From positions 32,001 through 96,000 of the forward strand of contig JBMYOQ010000006.1 of the NCBI GenBank assembly GCA_049599475.1: a stretch of 64,000 nucleotides of DNA. The letters run 5' to 3'. The DNA comes from Opitutales bacterium (GTDB taxonomy: Bacteria; Verrucomicrobiota; Verrucomicrobiia; Opitutales; JABSRG01). Positions 50,804 to 62,192 of this stretch are shown in pieces. The position numbers and the translations under genes were made by a program. The notes beneath the pieces were generated by a model. The model made no database searches and was not told the DNA's origin. It worked only from the letters and a program-made list of their open reading frames with translations. Position 1 is the first letter of the stretch. Every line of letters begins with the position of its first letter.

Positions 50804-51783
50804 TGAAATCGATGCCCGCTCTAATTCCCCTTCTGGGGTGCTTGCTGCTTGCCCTATTCTCGGGTTGCGCGACTCCTTCGAAGCAGACTTTAACACCCGT
50901 GGTCATGCAGTTGGACTGGAAGTTCAATGTGCAGTTTGCCGGTCTTTACCAGGCTGTAGAACAGGGCTATTTTGAGGACGAAGGCCTGGCTGTTGAGCTC
51001 AAAGAGGTGCCGAAAGACTATGATATCTTCTCGCCGGTAGTGGGACATGCGGATCTTCGCTTTGGGTGCTCTGAGAGTAATCGTATCCTGATGGAGAGTA
51101 GTGGCGGAATGCCCTTAGTTGCCTTGGCTACGATGTTTCAAGGCTCACCGATGGGGTGGATCTCCTTGGAGTCGACGGGTATTGAGTCGGTTGCAGATTT
51201 TCGCGGCAAGAAAATCGGGGTGCATGAAGACGGCGTGTTTGTCATCGATCTAGCGCTCAGAAAAAATGGACTCGCCGATGTGCCTTTTGAGACCTTTGAG
51301 GTGGGGCACAGTCCGGAAGCGCTGCTTTCAGGAAAAGCGGATTTGGTTCAGGGATATGTCCTCGATGAATTTGTTAAATACAGAAAAGTCAGCCCTGAGC
51401 CACTGCGGATTGTGATGGCTAAGGACAACGGGTACCTTGCCTATTCCCAAGTGATTTACGCGGATAAAGCGACGGTCGCGAAATACCCTGAGAAAACACG
51501 GGGATTCCTGAGGGCTGTGCAGAAAGGATGGGAGTATGTGGACCAAAATCGCGAGGCGACGGTTGATTTGGTCCTATCGAAATATAGCCCGCAGCTGGAT
51601 CGCGATTACCAACTGGAATCCCTCGATGAAGTCATGAAACTCGTTAAGCCTGAAGGGATGGTTGCTTTATCCCCGATGGATCGGGCCGTTTGGGAGGGCA
51701 GTATGAATGAATTTATCGGTGTGGGGCTTATGGAAGAAGCTGCGGATTTAGATGCACTGGTGACCACCGAATACAACCCATGA
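50800..51783 (+). CDS. NMT1/THI5-like ABC substrate-binding lipoprotein
   Basis: Lipobox FSGC; QLDWKFNVQFAGLYQA and FLRAVQKGW motifs. Confidence 0.9.
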   Translation: MMKSMPALIPLLGCLLLALFSGCATPSKQTLTPVVMQLDWKFNVQFAGLYQAVEQGYFEDEGLAVELKEVPKDYDIFSPVVGHADLRFGCSESNRILMESSGGMPLVALATMFQGSPMGWISLESTGIESVADFRGKKIGVHEDGVFVIDLALRKNGLADVPFETFEVGHSPEALLSGKADLVQGYVLDEFVKYRKVSPEPLRIVMAKDNGYLAYSQVIYADKATVAKYPEKTRGFLRAVQKGWEYVDQNREATVDLVLSKYSPQLDRDYQLESLDEVMKLVKPEGMVALSPMDRAVWEGSMNEFIGVGLMEEAADLDALVTTEYNP

Positions 51784-53108
51784 TTTGCTACAAGCGCGCT
51801 AAGGTGCCGACGGTATGTTTGCCGTCCGAATTGGTTCAAAATGGTAGCTTTGATGCGGCTTTGGATCCCGCGATCGAGGTAGATATCTGTGTCGAGAATA
51901 CAGAAATCCGTGCGGTGTGTTTAGCTGGAGACAGTGCAGGTTGTAAGGCGGACAGTGTGCATGACCTAGGCGGCCAATTGCTTTGGCCTGGAATGGTCGA
52001 TGCGCACATGCACCTCGATAAGGCACATACCTGGAACCGAGCCCCGAATCGCCGCGGGGAATTCTGGGATGCTATCGAGCTTTTATCTGCAGATAAAGTG
52101 AATTGGACTTTTGATGATGTGTATCGGCGCGCATCTTATACCCTAGAATGTGCCTGGCAGCATGGAGTATCAGCGATCCGGACGCATCTGGATACCGGTG
52201 CGGATTTTGGGGAAACGAGTCATCAGGTCCTGGCGCAGTTGCGAGACGAATGGGCGGGTCGTATTGAGATTCAGACCGTCTGCTTGACGAGTATCGAAGA
52301 TTTTGTGCGGCCTGAGTTTGCCGATGCGATGGGGCAATTGTTGGTAGATACGGGGGGACACGCGCTCGGCGGGATGCCCTTGATGTCGGATAATTTAGAC
52401 ACCGAATTGGATGCTTTTTTCGAGACGGCGAAGCGTTTTGATTTGCCGGTGGATCTGCACGTAGACGAATCCGGTGACCCGAACGCAGAATGCCTAAAAC
52501 ATGTCGCTGAGGCCGTTTTACGCAATGAGTTTACGCTGCCAGTGACCTGTGGCCACTGCTGCAGTCTCGCCGTCCAGGAGCCACATAAGCAGCGTGATAC
52601 TTTGGCAAAGGTGGCTGAGGCGGGGATTCATATCATCTCCCTACCCATGTGTAATCTCTTCCTCCAGGATCGCATGCGAGAGAATAAGGAGCGTCAAGAT
52701 GCCCTAGGGATCTCGGGCCCCGGAACACCTTTTTGGCGCGGGATTACTCTGGTGAATGAGTTTCAGCAGCTTGGCGTCACGGTGGCTGCGGCGAGTGACA
52801 ATGTGCGCGATGCCTTTTATGCCTTTGGCGATGCGGATACATTCGAATCCTATATCACGATGCTGCGCGCGGGGCACCTGGATCTTAGTTTGGAGACTTC
52901 CACGGCCTATGTGACAACAGCTCCGGCGAGCATAATGGGTATCGAGGCGAACGTGGGAATGGTGGCTCCGGGGGCTGTGGCAAACTTCTTGGTATTCGAG
53001 GGTATCTCACATTATAGCCAGCTTCTCAGCCGCATGGGCTCAAAACGTTTGCGGATATTCGGAGAGGAAGTGTGGGAGCGGAGTCTCCCGGATTATCCGA
53101 AATTCTAA
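51780..53108 (+). CDS. Cytosine-deaminase-like amidohydrolase
   Basis: HMHLDK, IRTH, DLHVDE, GHCCSL and ASDNVRD motifs. Confidence 0.9.
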   Translation: MICYKRAKVPTVCLPSELVQNGSFDAALDPAIEVDICVENTEIRAVCLAGDSAGCKADSVHDLGGQLLWPGMVDAHMHLDKAHTWNRAPNRRGEFWDAIELLSADKVNWTFDDVYRRASYTLECAWQHGVSAIRTHLDTGADFGETSHQVLAQLRDEWAGRIEIQTVCLTSIEDFVRPEFADAMGQLLVDTGGHALGGMPLMSDNLDTELDAFFETAKRFDLPVDLHVDESGDPNAECLKHVAEAVLRNEFTLPVTCGHCCSLAVQEPHKQRDTLAKVAEAGIHIISLPMCNLFLQDRMRENKERQDALGISGPGTPFWRGITLVNEFQQLGVTVAAASDNVRDAFYAFGDADTFESYITMLRAGHLDLSLETSTAYVTTAPASIMGIEANVGMVAPGAVANFLVFEGISHYSQLLSRMGSKRLRIFGEEVWERSLPDYPKF

Positions 53109-53221
53109 GTCTTTGCCGTCATTACCTTATATATCTTGATGCGTTGATACTTTAACCTTGTTCGCAGAGGGCTCTTTTGCAGTGTCATGAGGTTTTGGTT
53201 TTATCCGTTTATTGATATATC

Positions 53222-53605
53222 GTGAAATCCCCGATCCAGCTCCTTTCCTTCCTCACTTGTGACGGAGTCCATGTGGACCCGATCACTGGCAAGCAGACTA
53301 TTCTTGGTGTCTTCTCCAATTTACGCGCTGCTAAGTTCCCCGCGGTGCACCCGCGTATGATTTGGTTCCTGAGCATCACGGATGTGCCGGTCGGGATGCA
53401 TAAGCTGAAGGTTACCATGGGGCTAGCGATCGAGGAGCCGAAGACGATTATTGACCGCGAATTCGAGTCACGTAATCCGGCACACCGCCTCAATCTGGTG
53501 AATGATATCCAAAAGCTTAAGTTTGATAAGCCCGGTGATTATACCATCAATATCGAGGTGGATGATCAGACGCTGTTGGTCACTTCGTTCTCTATCACTC
53601 AATAG
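53222..53605 (+). CDS. DUF6941-like hypothetical protein
   Basis: CD.V..DPITGK..ILGVF and F.KPGDY pattern. Confidence 0.75.
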   Translation: MKSPIQLLSFLTCDGVHVDPITGKQTILGVFSNLRAAKFPAVHPRMIWFLSITDVPVGMHKLKVTMGLAIEEPKTIIDREFESRNPAHRLNLVNDIQKLKFDKPGDYTINIEVDDQTLLVTSFSITQ

Positions 53606-53615
53606 TTTTTAGCAG

Positions 53616-54533
53616 ATGTCTTCTGTCGTAATCGTAGGTTCTGTCGCGTTCGATAACATCATCACGCCCTTTGCGCGTGGAGAGTATTTGCTGGGAGGTT
53701 CGGCCTCGTATGCGAGTATCGCTGCTTCTTATTTTGCCCCTGCGCGCTTGGTTGCAAATGTGGGCAAAGACTTTGAAGAAAAGTTTTTAAACCGCTTTCG
53801 TCAGCGCGACATCTGCATGGAAGGTCTGCAAATCGATCCAGAGGGAGAGACCTTCTTCTGGGCGGGCAAATACCACGATAATTTCGACCAGCGGGATACG
53901 CTGGAAACGCGCCTGAATGTGCTAGAGCATTTTCGTCCAGAGTTGCCAGCAGGCTATAAGACGACCCCTTTTGTCTTGTTGGCGAATATTGGTCCAGACT
54001 TGCAGATTCATCTGCTCGATGAAATGGACCCGGATACAAAGCCGTTTGTTGTCGCCGATACCATGAACCTCTGGATCGATATCATGCGATCCAAGCTTAT
54101 GGAAATGATTGGTCGCGTGGATTTGCTTGTTCTCAACGACGAAGAGGCCGAGATGCTGACAGAGGAGCGCAACGTGTACAAGGCGGGAGCCGCTCTACGC
54201 AAAATGGGTCCGACTTATGTGATTGTGAAGAAGGGCTCTCACGGCGCCATTCTCTTTGGCCCAAACGAACAGCTGTTTGCCCTGCCAGCCTATCCTGTTG
54301 AAGACTTACAAGATCCGACCGGCGCGGGAGATTCTTTTGCAGGGGCCTTGACTGGGTATTTGGCGAGTAAGAACGCTCAAGACTTTGATTCCATTAAGCA
54401 GGCGATGATCTACGGGACTGTGACTGCTAGTTACACCGTGGAAGCCTTTTCGAGCGATTCTCTGGAAGCCGCGGGACGTGAAGGGATTAACACCCGAGCT
54501 GCTCGTTTACGTGAGATCATAGAAGTCGATTGA
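53616..54533 (+). CDS. PfkB/ribokinase-family kinase
   Basis: GGSASY, NDEEA, KKGSHG and DPTGAGDSFAG motifs. Confidence 0.94.
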   Translation: MSSVVIVGSVAFDNIITPFARGEYLLGGSASYASIAASYFAPARLVANVGKDFEEKFLNRFRQRDICMEGLQIDPEGETFFWAGKYHDNFDQRDTLETRLNVLEHFRPELPAGYKTTPFVLLANIGPDLQIHLLDEMDPDTKPFVVADTMNLWIDIMRSKLMEMIGRVDLLVLNDEEAEMLTEERNVYKAGAALRKMGPTYVIVKKGSHGAILFGPNEQLFALPAYPVEDLQDPTGAGDSFAGALTGYLASKNAQDFDSIKQAMIYGTVTASYTVEAFSSDSLEAAGREGINTRAARLREIIEVD

Positions 54534-54582
54534 CCTTCCTTGGGTAGCGGTTTGCTTACAAGGGACGCCTCTTTGATTTTCT

Positions 54583-55983
54583 ATGCTAGCCTCACCCCTT
54601 GTTGATTATTCTGTTGGAGATTGGCCACGACTGCGGGCTGAAATCGAGCAATCGGGCATTGCCTTATTTCAGGCAGAATTCGAGATGGCTTTAGCTGTCT
54701 TTCTTGGCGCGATTCTAGAGGGAAATACTGCGCACAAGGATCAGATGCTTGCCGCCTTGGGTCAAAAGCTGGGCTGGACCGATTGGCGTGCCCAACTATT
54801 CAAAGAGCGCATTGATGCCTTGCCGTCATACTCTGTGGAGCACTTTGAGGCGGCTCCGAAACTCAAGGCTCTAGGGGCAGTGGTCACACGTTTAGCTCTT
54901 TCGGCTAGCCGGCTGGATGGTAAATGGTCTTACAACGAACGCGCCTTTACTCAGAATTTAGCGGATCGTAGTGGCCTAGATTCGCAAGCGGTGGATGCAT
55001 GGAAACAGAGCATCGAAAATCAGATCTCTGGGCAGCCCGCGGGCGATCTCGATAGTGAATTGGAAGCCTTGATGAATTCGGCCCAGAGCCGCAAAAGCTC
55101 GGACGATCGTGATGTTGCATCGGACATTTCATTGAAGCCCTCAAAGAAGGAGGCGAGTGCTCCAAAGGAGGATCTGGACGCTTGCCTGAAAGAGTTGGAC
55201 GAGCTCGTAGGGCTGGAAAATGTAAAAGAAGAGATCCGCAAACTGAGTGATTTCCTCAAAGTCCAGCGAATGCGAGAAGATGCCGGCTTAGCGACTGCGG
55301 CTATCTCAAACCACATGGTGTTCACTGGAAATCCTGGGACCGGTAAAACGACGGTTGCGCGTCTGGTCGCACGCATCTTTAAAGCATTAGGATTCTTGAA
55401 AAAGGGCCACCTGATAGAAGTAGATCGGAGTGGACTCGTGGGCCAGTATGTCGGGCATACCGAAACCAAGACGCGTGAGGTCATCAACTCAGCGCTCGAT
55501 GGTATTCTCTTTATCGATGAAGCCTATGCGCTAGTCGGCGAGGGCAAGGAGGACTTTGGGCGTCAGGCGGTGGATGCCCTGGTTAAAATGATGGAAGACC
55601 ACCGTAAACGCTTGGTGGTTATCGTCGCAGGGTATTCAGGTCCCATGGATCGCTTTATTAATGCGAATCCAGGACTCCAGTCGCGATTCACCACTTATAT
55701 TGATTTCCCAAATTACGAAGTGGATGCGCTTGTGGAGATCTTTGAAATCATCTGCTCGAAGAACCAATATAAACTCGCAGACGATGCGGGTCCGGCATTG
55801 CGGGCATGTATCGAAAAGGCCCTTGAGCAAGAGCCGGAATCCTTTGGCAACGGCCGCTATTGCCGCAACCTCTTTGAGCAAACGCTGCGGATACATGCCA
55901 TGCGCTTAGCGCGGATGGAAAAACCGCCTTCGAAGGAAGACCTCAGCTTATTGCAAGCCGCAGACTTCGTGGTGGGCGATTAG
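54583..55983 (+). CDS. SpoVK/CbbX-family AAA+ ATPase with TerB-like N-terminal region
   Basis: HMVFTGNPGTGKT, LFIDEAY, NPGLQSRF and FGNGR motifs; N-terminal A..DG....E....L....GL pattern. Confidence 0.88.
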   Translation: MLASPLVDYSVGDWPRLRAEIEQSGIALFQAEFEMALAVFLGAILEGNTAHKDQMLAALGQKLGWTDWRAQLFKERIDALPSYSVEHFEAAPKLKALGAVVTRLALSASRLDGKWSYNERAFTQNLADRSGLDSQAVDAWKQSIENQISGQPAGDLDSELEALMNSAQSRKSSDDRDVASDISLKPSKKEASAPKEDLDACLKELDELVGLENVKEEIRKLSDFLKVQRMREDAGLATAAISNHMVFTGNPGTGKTTVARLVARIFKALGFLKKGHLIEVDRSGLVGQYVGHTETKTREVINSALDGILFIDEAYALVGEGKEDFGRQAVDALVKMMEDHRKRLVVIVAGYSGPMDRFINANPGLQSRFTTYIDFPNYEVDALVEIFEIICSKNQYKLADDAGPALRACIEKALEQEPESFGNGRYCRNLFEQTLRIHAMRLARMEKPPSKEDLSLLQAADFVVGD

Positions 55984-55999
55984 ATGCCCGAAAATGATC

Positions 56000-56027
56000 G
56001 GTCGTTCGCGGCGAACTGGCCCCTACC
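56000..56027 (-). repeat. REP-like hairpin upstream of the RAYT gene
   Basis: Minus strand reads GGTAGGGGCCA-GTTCGC-C-GCGAAC. Confidence 0.6.
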
Positions 56028-56119
56028 TTCTGTGCGATTGAGGGAGTGCGATTTGAGACGGTTCGGTTCGGGAATCCAGGATTGTCAGAAAATACGAACA
56101 GAGGCTTCGTCTAAACCAT

Positions 56120-56587
56120 GTGTCAAACTCGTTGCCGAATAGGAAATCGCTGAATCATGGTATCTCGCGTTGGGTGCCAGATGGAGGACATTTCTTCATC
56201 ACGATTAACTGTGCGGAACGCCGGGAAAACCAATTATGCCTCAACCGAATTTCTGCGCAATTGAAGGAAAGTATCCAGATTCGCGTGAATGCAGGAGAGT
56301 GGGATGTGCGCTTATGGCTCCTGATGCCCGATCATATTCATGCGATCATGTCCTTTGCTCCGTGGGTCTCCATGAGCCAGTCGATCACCGATTGGAAGAG
56401 CTATACTGCTAGGACTCTGGGGATCAACTGGCAGCAGGGCTTCTTTGATGATCGCTTGCGCAGTGATCGGGAGACGGAGGATAAAGAGTGTTATGTGGTT
56501 TTGAATCCGGTTCGAGCGGCTCTATGCGATTACCCATCTGAATGGAAGTTTCGTTGGAGTTCTTTCGATTTCGAAGTGAACCGCTAG
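56120..56587 (+). CDS. REP-associated tyrosine transposase (RAYT; Y1/HUH family)
   Basis: FFITIN, HUH motif MPDHIH, WQQGFFD, catalytic Tyr in YVVLNPVRA, and P.EW. Confidence 0.88.
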   Translation: MSNSLPNRKSLNHGISRWVPDGGHFFITINCAERRENQLCLNRISAQLKESIQIRVNAGEWDVRLWLLMPDHIHAIMSFAPWVSMSQSITDWKSYTARTLGINWQQGFFDDRLRSDRETEDKECYVVLNPVRAALCDYPSEWKFRWSSFDFEVNR

Positions 56588-56753
56588 CCATTGAGCGCCT
56601 GGTAGAGGCGCCCGTGAGTAGTGCGAAAGCGCCTAAAGCATGGATCCATTGCCGGGGTATTACCCTGTTTTAGCTGGTCTCCAAATGGTATATCATTTGC
56701 TGTCTGACACGAACCCCAAGCTAACCGCTTTGGCTTTCGAACATACTACAAAC

Positions 56754-59366
56754 ATGACTAACGATTCAAAACGACTGATATGGAGCGCCTGTGCTGTGGT
56801 CACAGGATTTGCATCCGCCCTCGTCGGCCAAGAGCAGGAGAACATCCAAGAGCTCGAAGCCTTCATCGCTGAACAGACCGCGAATGAACCCGTAGATTCC
56901 CTGCTGCCAACTGACCAAGTGGTGAGCGGTGCATTTATGGACGGCATGTCTCTCTTTGAGACGCCTCGTTCCGTTTCGGTTTTGAGCCCTGAGTTGCTCG
57001 ATCAGTTTAACATTTCTGATTTCAAGGACCTCACGAAATTCGGTGCATCTACTGAGCGTGTGAATTTCTACGGTATCGCTGGTGCTCCAGTCCTTCGTGG
57101 CTGGCAAGGCGGCATCTACTATAATGGTATGCTTCGCGCATTCCAAAGAAATGAGATGCCGACTTCTTTCGGTGCTTTGGACTCGATGGAAATCGTAAAA
57201 GGTGCTGCACCTGCACAGCTCATTCCATCGCACATCGGTGGTTACGTAAACATGGTGCCGAAAGCTCCTTATTTCGATGAATTCCGTGGATCTATCGAAG
57301 TAGAAGCTGGTACATATGATCACTTTAAGGCTCAGCTCGATGTCGGTGGCCCGGTTTACATCGCTGATAGTGTCCCTGCGGCGTATCGCGTATCGTTGAC
57401 TGCGCAAAACTCTGACAGCTACTACGATGATGTTTCCAACGACTTCGTTTCATTGTATGCCTCCGCTAAAATGCAGCTGAGTGATAGCACCATGCTGACG
57501 CTCGGTGGTGAGTATTTTGAGTATAAGTCCAATGAAAATGCTGGTTGGAACCGTCCGACCCAGGCCCTCATCGATAACGGCGATTACGTCATTGGTGAAC
57601 CATTGAGCTTGGTGCGTAGCGACATCGGTGTAGCCGACAGAGGCCTCATTGACGGAACTGTATTTAGCTTCCTCGGAACTGCTGACCAGAACCAATGGTT
57701 CCGTTCACTCCTTCTTCCTGCGAGTGTGATCGATTCCGCTGTCTCTGCCGGAACCATCACCGCAGCTCAGCGTGACGCCATGCTCGATCTAAGTGATGCG
57801 GCAACGCGTGCGACAATCTACGATGGTCTCCCATCGAATATAGTGCAGTCTGATTCGGGCTACCTCTACACTGCGGATTATTTCGCGGCCGGAGGTGAAG
57901 TATTCACCACTCAGATCGAAGGAAATGAAGTGTTGGCGGATCCTAGTGACTTTGCTGACTCAGAAGACTTTATCTTCTTCGCGGACCTCGAGCATCAGGT
58001 GACACCTGATTCGAGCATTAGCTTTGACCTGCTCTATGAGGCTGTAGATACAGATAAATTCTCCTCATACGGATATGCTATCCGGACAGAACAAGAGGTC
58101 ATCGATACGCGCGTAACCGCGTCTCACTCGTTTGTCGGAGATGTTATCAGTGCCGATATCCTTTACGGTGCCCAGCTTCGTTACACTGAAGCTCAGCAGC
58201 TCCAAGACTTCTGGACTGAGCCGTTCTCACGCCGCGACATTACCTTGCCAACGATTTCGGACAACTCCGTTATCCTTGCGGGTGACCAGGTTGACCCTGC
58301 ATCTGGAAATAACTTCTGGGGTGGTGGATTCGGCGCTGGCGGTCCTGCTGGACACGCGGTCGACTCAGAGCTCACTCAGCTGGGTGGTTTCGGTATGGCT
58401 AATATCAAGTTCGGTGAAAAAATCGGTCTGATCGCAAGTGCGCGTGTCGATGATTTTGAAACTACTGCGATGGTACCAAGTGGTCCTACTGATATTGCGG
58501 CAGCAACCGTCGAAGACAGCGATACCGGCTTCTCATGGTCTTTGAATCCATCTTTGACGCTGAGCGAAAACTTCAGCTTCTACGGTGTTGCACAAGAGTC
58601 TACAACTTACGTCCCGACTCAGGGCGGTGCTGTTCTCGGAACAGGCAACTTTGGTCAAGGCAAACTCCAGGAAGTTGGAATGAAATTCCAAGCTTTTGAC
58701 GGCCGCCTCTTCTCGTCCCTAGCGTTCTTCACTTGGGAACAGGGTTCATTCAATGACCGCACAGGTATTTCAGACAATTATGAGTCTCAGGGTATCGAGT
58801 TTGAGGTGACTTACCAAGCTACTGAAAACTTGACTCTGATCGGTGCCGCTACGATGCGTGAGACCAACCTCACAAGCTCTCTTGGGTTCCGCACAATGCC
58901 TTGGGGACTCACCGATCCTACGGGAGCTGGTGATGACGAAATTGGTCTAGCCCTCAATGGTGGATCATTGCTCAACCAGTTTGCCGATGCATTTGGAGGC
59001 TTCACTCCTGAAGGCGGCAACCCTTCAGCGAATCCGACTCTTGAGTCCTCTGGTTCTCCTGAGACAACATACAAGCTCTTCGCAGTTTATGATGATCTCA
59101 TCTGGGACGGCTTCGGTATTTCAGGTGGATTCGTATACTCTGAGTCATACTGGCAAAACTACGACCTCACACTTCGCCTTCCATCATCAATGGTATGGAG
59201 TGCTAACATCTTCTACAAAACAGAAGCATGGGAGGTTATGCTGAGTGGTGAAAACATTACTGACGAAGACTACTTCTTGGGTTCAGACCCAATCTTCGCG
59301 GCCAATACTATCATCACTAAGGCACCTGGCGCTGAAGCCAAAATATCTTTCAAATACAGGTTCTAG
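56754..59366 (+). CDS. TonB-dependent receptor
   Basis: Signal peptide; plug motifs ETPRSVSV, EIVKG and GGYVN; C-terminal ENITDEDY...FKYRF. Confidence 0.93.
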   Translation: MTNDSKRLIWSACAVVTGFASALVGQEQENIQELEAFIAEQTANEPVDSLLPTDQVVSGAFMDGMSLFETPRSVSVLSPELLDQFNISDFKDLTKFGASTERVNFYGIAGAPVLRGWQGGIYYNGMLRAFQRNEMPTSFGALDSMEIVKGAAPAQLIPSHIGGYVNMVPKAPYFDEFRGSIEVEAGTYDHFKAQLDVGGPVYIADSVPAAYRVSLTAQNSDSYYDDVSNDFVSLYASAKMQLSDSTMLTLGGEYFEYKSNENAGWNRPTQALIDNGDYVIGEPLSLVRSDIGVADRGLIDGTVFSFLGTADQNQWFRSLLLPASVIDSAVSAGTITAAQRDAMLDLSDAATRATIYDGLPSNIVQSDSGYLYTADYFAAGGEVFTTQIEGNEVLADPSDFADSEDFIFFADLEHQVTPDSSISFDLLYEAVDTDKFSSYGYAIRTEQEVIDTRVTASHSFVGDVISADILYGAQLRYTEAQQLQDFWTEPFSRRDITLPTISDNSVILAGDQVDPASGNNFWGGGFGAGGPAGHAVDSELTQLGGFGMANIKFGEKIGLIASARVDDFETTAMVPSGPTDIAAATVEDSDTGFSWSLNPSLTLSENFSFYGVAQESTTYVPTQGGAVLGTGNFGQGKLQEVGMKFQAFDGRLFSSLAFFTWEQGSFNDRTGISDNYESQGIEFEVTYQATENLTLIGAATMRETNLTSSLGFRTMPWGLTDPTGAGDDEIGLALNGGSLLNQFADAFGGFTPEGGNPSANPTLESSGSPETTYKLFAVYDDLIWDGFGISGGFVYSESYWQNYDLTLRLPSSMVWSANIFYKTEAWEVMLSGENITDEDYFLGSDPIFAANTIITKAPGAEAKISFKYRF

Positions 59367-59393
59367 GACTTGTAGATCTAGACTGATTACTAC

Positions 59394-59425
59394 AAAGCGT
59401 CGCCTGAAATCAGGCGGCGCTTTTT
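59394..59425 (+). terminator. Rho-independent terminator
   Basis: AAAGCGTCGCCTGA-AA-TCAGGCGGCGCTTTTT hairpin. Confidence 0.85.
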
Positions 59426-59532
59426 GTTGATCGGTTTTCTCGGAAAGTCTTTCGGCAAAGGAAAGGGCGCACCTGTTTGGCTCGTATCACCAACGCGGTG
59501 CGAAAATGCTTTCGAGGAATTTCAGAAGGGCA

Positions 59533-60327
59533 CTAAGCCTGGACTGCTTGCCAGACGCGTAGGCATTTTTCCACTACGCTTTCGATGTCGCTGAGGTGAA
59601 TCTGATTGGGGCCGTCGGAAATTGCGTTGTCGGGGTCTGGGTGAGTTTCGATGAATAGACCACTGGCTCCTGCTGCGAGAGCTGCTCGGGCGAGCACGGG
59701 GGCGTATTCGCGCTTGCCACTAGTGGTGCCTCCGCCGGCCCCGGGCATTTGAACTGCGTGAGTCGCATCCATGATAGTCGGGTGCCCGAGAGCGTTCATG
59801 ATGGGGAAACTACGCATATCGACGACCAAGTTTTGGTAGCCGAATGTCGTTCCGCGATCGGTTTGCCATATTTCTTTGGCTCCCGAAGCCTCTAGCTTTT
59901 TCACTACAAATTCCATCTCATAAGGTGAGAGGAATTGGCCCTTTTTCACATTTACCGTTGCAGGTGTTGCAGATGCGGCGACAAGGAGGTCGGTTTGGCG
60001 ACAGAGAAATGCTGGGATTTGCAATACGTCGCAAACCTCGGCAACTGGTGCACATTGATCGGCCGTATGGATGTCTGTAAGGCAAGGGAATCCGAAAGCG
60101 TCTTTTACTTTCTGGTGAATTTTCAGACCGTTTTTGATGCCCGGGCCGCGCTCGCTGGTGACGGAGGTGCGATTGGCTTTATCAAAGGACCCCTTAAAGA
60201 TGATATTGAGCTCGGGAAATTTCGTGCGCAGGCGATCCAGTTCTTGGGCGACTGTCATGGAAATATCCTCACTCTCTAGAGAGCAAGGGCCCGCTATGAG
60301 GAGAAGTTTATTAGGATCGTAAAGCAT
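59533..60327 (-). CDS. kdsA: KDO 8-phosphate synthase
   Basis: [31 protein letters not shown] and DATHAVQ motifs. Confidence 0.97.
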   Translation of the reverse strand: MLYDPNKLLLIAGPCSLESEDISMTVAQELDRLRTKFPELNIIFKGSFDKANRTSVTSERGPGIKNGLKIHQKVKDAFGFPCLTDIHTADQCAPVAEVCDVLQIPAFLCRQTDLLVAASATPATVNVKKGQFLSPYEMEFVVKKLEASGAKEIWQTDRGTTFGYQNLVVDMRSFPIMNALGHPTIMDATHAVQMPGAGGGTTSGKREYAPVLARAALAAGASGLFIETHPDPDNAISDGPNQIHLSDIESVVEKCLRVWQAVQA

Positions 60328-60432
60328 GTTTAGAAAATTGGGGGTCCGCGAAATACCGGAAACCACGAAAGCAAGGCCCCGATGATGGTGGTGTAGACTC
60401 TTCGTAGAATTAAATGAGATCTATTTAAGCGC

Positions 60433-62073
<1,641 letters not shown>

Positions 62074-62192
62074 TCAGAAAAAACCCCATGGGCGGTTATG
62101 TTGGCAATGGTTTTTTGGGCTTCGGTAAATCTTTTCCGGACTTCTTGGAGGATTCGATTGTCTTCTTTGGATCTCAGAGGAAACTTCGGCGC

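Noticed and set aside
56120..56587. IS200/IS605 element with tnpB
   Set aside because: No tnpB follows; the motifs and flanking GTAG hairpins fit a RAYT better.
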